From assembly GCA_964016885.1 (NCBI GenBank), contig OZ024748.1, forward strand, positions 46,810,001 to 46,874,000: 64,000 bases of DNA. Reading direction: 5' to 3'. Positions 58,555-64,000 of this stretch are shown in pieces. A program made the position numbers and the translations under genes. Positions within the stretch are counted from its first letter, which is position 1; each line of letters begins with the position of its first letter. The stretch is from Eledone cirrhosa (taxonomy: Eukaryota). Under the pieces are notes generated by a model. That model was not told where the DNA came from. It searched no databases and saw nothing but the letters and a program-made list of their open reading frames with translations.

Positions 58555-59358
58555 TATATACATATATACACAAGTATATACACATATATACATATATACA
58601 ATTATATACACACATACATGTATACACACATACATGTATACACACATACATGTATACACACATACATGTATACACACATACATGTATACACACACAGACA
58701 CACACACATATAAGTAAATGCATATATACATGTGAGTGTGTGAGTTTATACGTATATACACACACACACACATCATATATATATATATATACACTCAAAT
58801 ATAAATACAAATAAATTCAAACATATATATACATACATATACACACACATATTGTCATCACATATACATACATACACACATACATACATCATATATATAT
58901 ACACACATACACATATACATAACATATACACACACACACATATATACACATATATATTATCATAGAAACACACAGCCCCATCTGATCGGCTTAGTAAAAA
59001 GCTAATTGATTTGAAATTTGTGATATTCCACTGAAAAAAGTTCAATTTTATTATTTGACGTGAGTTAATTTAGGATAATCTATCTTATTTAACGACAAAA
59101 TACATTTCTTGTCTACCATTATTTTGAGATTTTCAATATGTGACATCTCGGATTTACTTTATAGTTTTCTTTTTCTCCATGTAGGGATATGTATAAATAT
59201 ATATATATATATATATACGCATATTTCTTTGCAGCAACGAAAAAATGAGGAACATGTATGTATATATATGTATACATGCTCATGCATACATATATATATA
59301 TATTTTCTCTAGAGAAACGAAAGAATTGCGAATGTATGAATGTATGTATTTCTGCTCT

Positions 59359-59418
<60 letters not shown>

Positions 59419-59541
59419 AACCCTACTACCATCTACAAACTGACCAATGAGAATCAAGACTATTCCTGCTGACAACATTAAATTATTCCTAACAAGCTCA
59501 TATGTCCCAAGGCTCTGATACCATCAACACTATAAACACTA

Positions 59542-59597
59542 ACTGCCTGATGAGGTCACAGCCATTCAATTGCTATCATCGCAATATATATAGCAGT
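59542..59597 (+). ncRNA. Decayed family H hammerhead
   Basis: actgc-CTGATGA-ggtcacagcc..GCAA-tatata-TA-gcagt. Confidence 0.6.
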
Positions 59598-59673
59598 AAA
59601 TAAAGGATTATGAGTTCATGCAATTGACTTATGTTTCGTCCCTAAATATATATATATATATATAGTAATAATA

Positions 59674-59727
<54 letters not shown>

Positions 59728-59749
59728 AATATATATATATATATATATA

Positions 59750-59792
<43 letters not shown>

Positions 59793-60936
59793 ATGTTTTT
59801 CATATTTAAAAAGATTTGAGAATTTTTAAAATAAATGCATTTTAACTATTTCCCTCACATATCTTTGTATTAATATCTTGTTTGTTTTGAATATGTTTGC
59901 CTATTGTTTCTGTTAGATTGTCTGACACTAAAGGTTTTACAAGTTGGCTCGTACATGAATTGTATGTTTCTCCATCTGAAACCATGGTTTTTTTCTTCAA
60001 TCTTTTGGACTGACAGTTAAGGTGTTCATCTCACGGACCTTAGATTGTGAGATGAGATTCTGAGAGAGATACGAGTTTTGTCTTTCAGCCAATCACTTAT
60101 TCTCTCTTGCTGAAACTGATTACTATCAACAGGAAGGGGGCGAACCTTCTGTATACAGTTGATTAAGGCTATATGAATCGAGGATGCGTTTAGCTCGTGG
60201 AGAATTTACGCCAACATACTAAAAATCTATGAAATCTTAGGGAAGACTATTGAGCAACTGATTTTGAGCTAATCAAGAACAAGCAACAGCGAAAACTATA
60301 CTCAATATCATTAATGTAGTAAAATCTTAAAACATGAGTGAGAAACAAACACTATATATATTTGAAACAATCATATAATAGATATCACAGCAACCGGTAT
60401 GTCTTCCTCTATTATCCCTTACCTTTTCTACTCGACAGTATCATTCTTATTTGTCTGCATTTTGGACTTAAGTTCATAATATCCTCTCTTGTCTTGTTAT
60501 TTCTCTGCTTTCTATAATTTTTCTCCTTTGCCAAATCACTCGCGGACCGTTCTCTCCCTTCTTTGTCAGTTGAGAGACTTGCGATACTTTCTCATCTTTA
60601 TATATGTAATTCGCCTCATGGCATAACTTATCTATCTGTTTTATTATGTCGTAACATGCACTAAGATGAACGGATTCAACCTTAATGCATTAACACTGAA
60701 GTCAATTCCAGACGTTGATTTAGAACAAAGGTTCTCACCTGCATATCCACCCTAGGGGACGTTTTGAAGCTTTGAGGCGAGAGGGGGGTGCTGGAAGGCT
60801 CTTTACTTTGGTAAATTTTAGAAGATGGGACTGTCTAATCTTCCGTATTTTTTCCCCATTGTCTTTGTCCTGTGCGCCCCCTATTTTGAATAAATAAATA
60901 TATATATAGATATATATATATAGACATACATACATG

Positions 60937-61145
60937 ACGGCGTGTGGCTGAGTGGTTCGAGGATTGTTTTCGCAATCGTAAGGTTGTGAGTTCAGTTCCC
61001 GGACCGGGAGATACGTTATGTCCTTGAGCAAGACACTTTATTTCACGTTCCCCCTTCTACCTGGAGTTGTGACAGACATAGTATTAGCAATTGGAAAACC
61101 AACGGAAACATTGTTTCCTCGGTCCGATTTGATGAAAGTCGACCG
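60937..61145 (+). mobile_element. tRNA-derived CORE-like SINE
   Basis: A/B boxes and ccttgagcaagacacttta. Confidence 0.7.
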
Positions 61146-61149
61146 TTCC

Positions 61150-61180
<31 letters not shown>

Positions 61181-61183
<3 letters not shown>

Positions 61184-61372
61184 TTAATATAGATGAGATT
61201 CTACAGGACTAGAACTGTTTCATTCATTAGAAATCATCAGGATTCCTGATGATTTCTAATGAATGAAGCAGTTCTAGTCCTGTAGAATCTCATCTATATT
61301 AACACTTTTATACTCTGCTATGTATTGAGTACCTTACTTACTGTGGTTACCTCCGATTCAACCCAGAATAAC

Positions 61373-61373
<1 letters not shown>
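61181..61373. mobile_element. Palindromic mini-element family G with hammerhead motifs
   Basis: Palindrome 61184-61302 centred at 61243; gattc-CTGATGA-tttc/gaat-GAA(A/G)-cag..ctg-TA-gaatc. Confidence 0.8.
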
Positions 61374-61421
<48 letters not shown>

Positions 61422-61906
61422 GCGAGAGAGAGAGAGAGAAAGAGCTAGGAGTGAGAGGGGGTGGGGTAGACAGAGAGAGAGAGAGAGAGAGAGCGTGGGA
61501 GGAAGAGATAGAGAAGGAAACATTGAACCATCAAGATTGCCAGTACTTTATCCCACCCCACCTCCATAACATCAACAATTTCTTGTCTTCTATAGACTGT
61601 AACTTTGACATTGTGGCTTCTAAATCGTATTTTAATAGCTTCACATCATTTTCACACACACACACACATATATGCATATGTATATTTATGCATATGTATA
61701 TATATATGCATATATATATTTTTATATATATATGCCTATATTACATATATAAATACACATATGTATGTATATACTACATAGGCATATACATGTATATATA
61801 TATATGTATTTATATATATATGTATTTATGCAATATATACATGTATATATTACATACATAAATACATATATATATGTATATACTACATATATAAATATAT
61901 ACACAC

Positions 61907-61965
<59 letters not shown>

Positions 61966-62215
61966 CATATATACACCACATGAATACACACATACAAATA
62001 CATGTATTTACATGTAAATATATATACATATATACATATATACATATATATACATACATAAATACATATATATATACATAAATATACATATATATATACA
62101 TAAATATACATATATATATACACATATATATATATACACGCATATATATATATACACACATATATATATATATACACACATATATATATATATACACACA
62201 CATATATATATATAT

Positions 62216-62258
<43 letters not shown>

Positions 62259-62405
62259 TATATATATATATACACATATATATATATACACATATATATA
62301 TATATACACATATATATAGATACACACATATATATATACGCATATATATACACATACATATATATATACATATATATATACATATATATACACATATATA
62401 TCTAC

Positions 62406-62436
<31 letters not shown>

Positions 62437-62931
62437 CATATATATATACATATATATACATATATATATATTTATATATATATATATACACATATATATA
62501 CAATTATATATAATTATATACATACAGACTCCTAACAAAATAGATGATATAAAACGGCGAACAATTAGCAATTAATGACTCAATTAAAATATTCCAGCTT
62601 CATTGTTAGTAATAAATATATAAAATATAGACTGCAGAGGTGGACAGTGATGAAAAGGATATATATATATATAGATACATAGATACATTCACACATATAG
62701 ACATATATATATAATTACGTATATATATATGTATAGATATCTATAAGTATATTATATATATATATATATACATATATATAAAACGAAAAATCAGTGATAC
62801 ATCTGAAATCAATTTATTGTGTATTACAATTGTTTCGCCGGCCGACAGCTCGAGACGCGATCATTGTGTGGATCTGTCTGATTCTGTGTGAAAAGCGATA
62901 CTCCGGCCAAATTCCAACTCACTCAACAAAC

Positions 62932-63856
62932 ATCAGTACATAGAATCCAGTCCTCGCCTAGCTGTTCTTTCTACCGAATTATTATTTTTATATGAGCCGC
63001 TAGTGTCCGCGCATTGCCTGGAGGCTCAGCTGAGAATAGACTCCCTGATGACGCAATGAATTCTCGACAGTTGGATTATGTAACTGTCTTTATCCCATTG
63101 CAGAAACTAATTAGTTGGAGTGAAAATTTAAGTAAGTAAAAAAATTTTTAAAAATTTTTTAAAAAATATTTTCTTATTTTACGTCTTTTATATTATTACT
63201 CTGCACCCTCCTGCATTGAACCACCTAGGTACTATGACATAACCTGTGTATTTGCTGGCATGGACGTGCATCTGTGCGCCTATGTTAGTTGATATATTAA
63301 ATTATCTATATTTATCTCCAAATCACTGATTTGTCGAGCAAACCTGCCAAAACCACTTCAAAATTTTTTTTGGGGTGTTAGTAGGCGTCAGTCATCTTAC
63401 CATCCCATTCCTTCTAACTAGCCTCTATGTCACGTGATTGATTCTTTAGAATCGGACATTTGACTGGAAGCAGTGAGAATTTCAGTACATAGAATCCAGT
63501 CCTCGCCTAGCTGTTCTTTCTACCGAATTATTATTTTTATATGAGCCGCTAGTGTCCGCGCATTGCCTGGAGGCTCAGCTGAGAATAGACTCCCTGATGA
63601 CGCAATGAATTCTCGACAGTTGGATTATGTAACTGTCTTTATCCCATTGCAGAAACTAATTAGTTGGAGTGAAAATTTAAGTAAGTAAGTAAAAAATTTT
63701 TTTAAAATTTTTTAAAAAATATTTTCTTATTTTACGTCTTTTATATTATTGTCTGCACCCTCCTGCATTGAACCACCTAGGTACTATGACATAACCTGTG
63801 TATTTGCTGGCATGGACGTGCATCTGTGCGCCTATGTTAGTTGATATATTAAATTA

Positions 63857-63860
<4 letters not shown>
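62932..63860 (+). mobile_element. Non-coding direct-repeat element N with two hammerheads (retrozyme-like)
   Basis: ~380-bp direct repeats from ~62933 and ~63482; hammerheads 63040-63121 and 63589-63670 (actcc-CTGATGA..GAAA-ctaattag-TT-ggagt). Confidence 0.85.
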
Positions 63861-63896
<36 letters not shown>

Positions 63897-63906
63897 TATC
63901 TATAAG

Positions 63907-64000
<94 letters not shown>

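Noticed and set aside
62818-62940. Minus-strand hammerhead-like GAAA-caattg-TA with distant CTGATGT
   Set aside because: Core mutated and stem I out of register; at most a remnant

Overview
This is an AT-rich, microsatellite-saturated eukaryotic intergenic or intronic region. The SINE types and repeat composition resemble an octopod cephalopod genome (inference). No host gene exon is recognisable, and almost all ORF-track entries are (TA)n/(CA)n/(TAG)n translation artefacts. The real coding content is transposon-derived: two Penelope-like retroelements (PLEs; RT + C-terminal GIY-YIG) at 17.1-20.7 kb (+) and 39.9-45.3 kb (-, partial tandem), a 3' fragment of a third PLE (46.6-48.4 kb), a Gypsy-type LTR remnant, RTE LINE tails, tRNA-derived SINEs, mariner-type MITEs and a non-autonomous Helitron. 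The most striking signal is non-coding. About 20 type I hammerhead ribozyme motifs from roughly 10 sequence-unrelated families sit inside short (TA)n-embedded elements, many of which are long palindromes. Most of these families share a second covarying RNA motif downstream of the ribozyme (ACTC-stem-loop-stem-2 nt bulge-GAGT-RCT), and the shorter palindrome arm repeatedly stops 4-15 nt before that motif. All structures were read by eye; no folding or database search was run.
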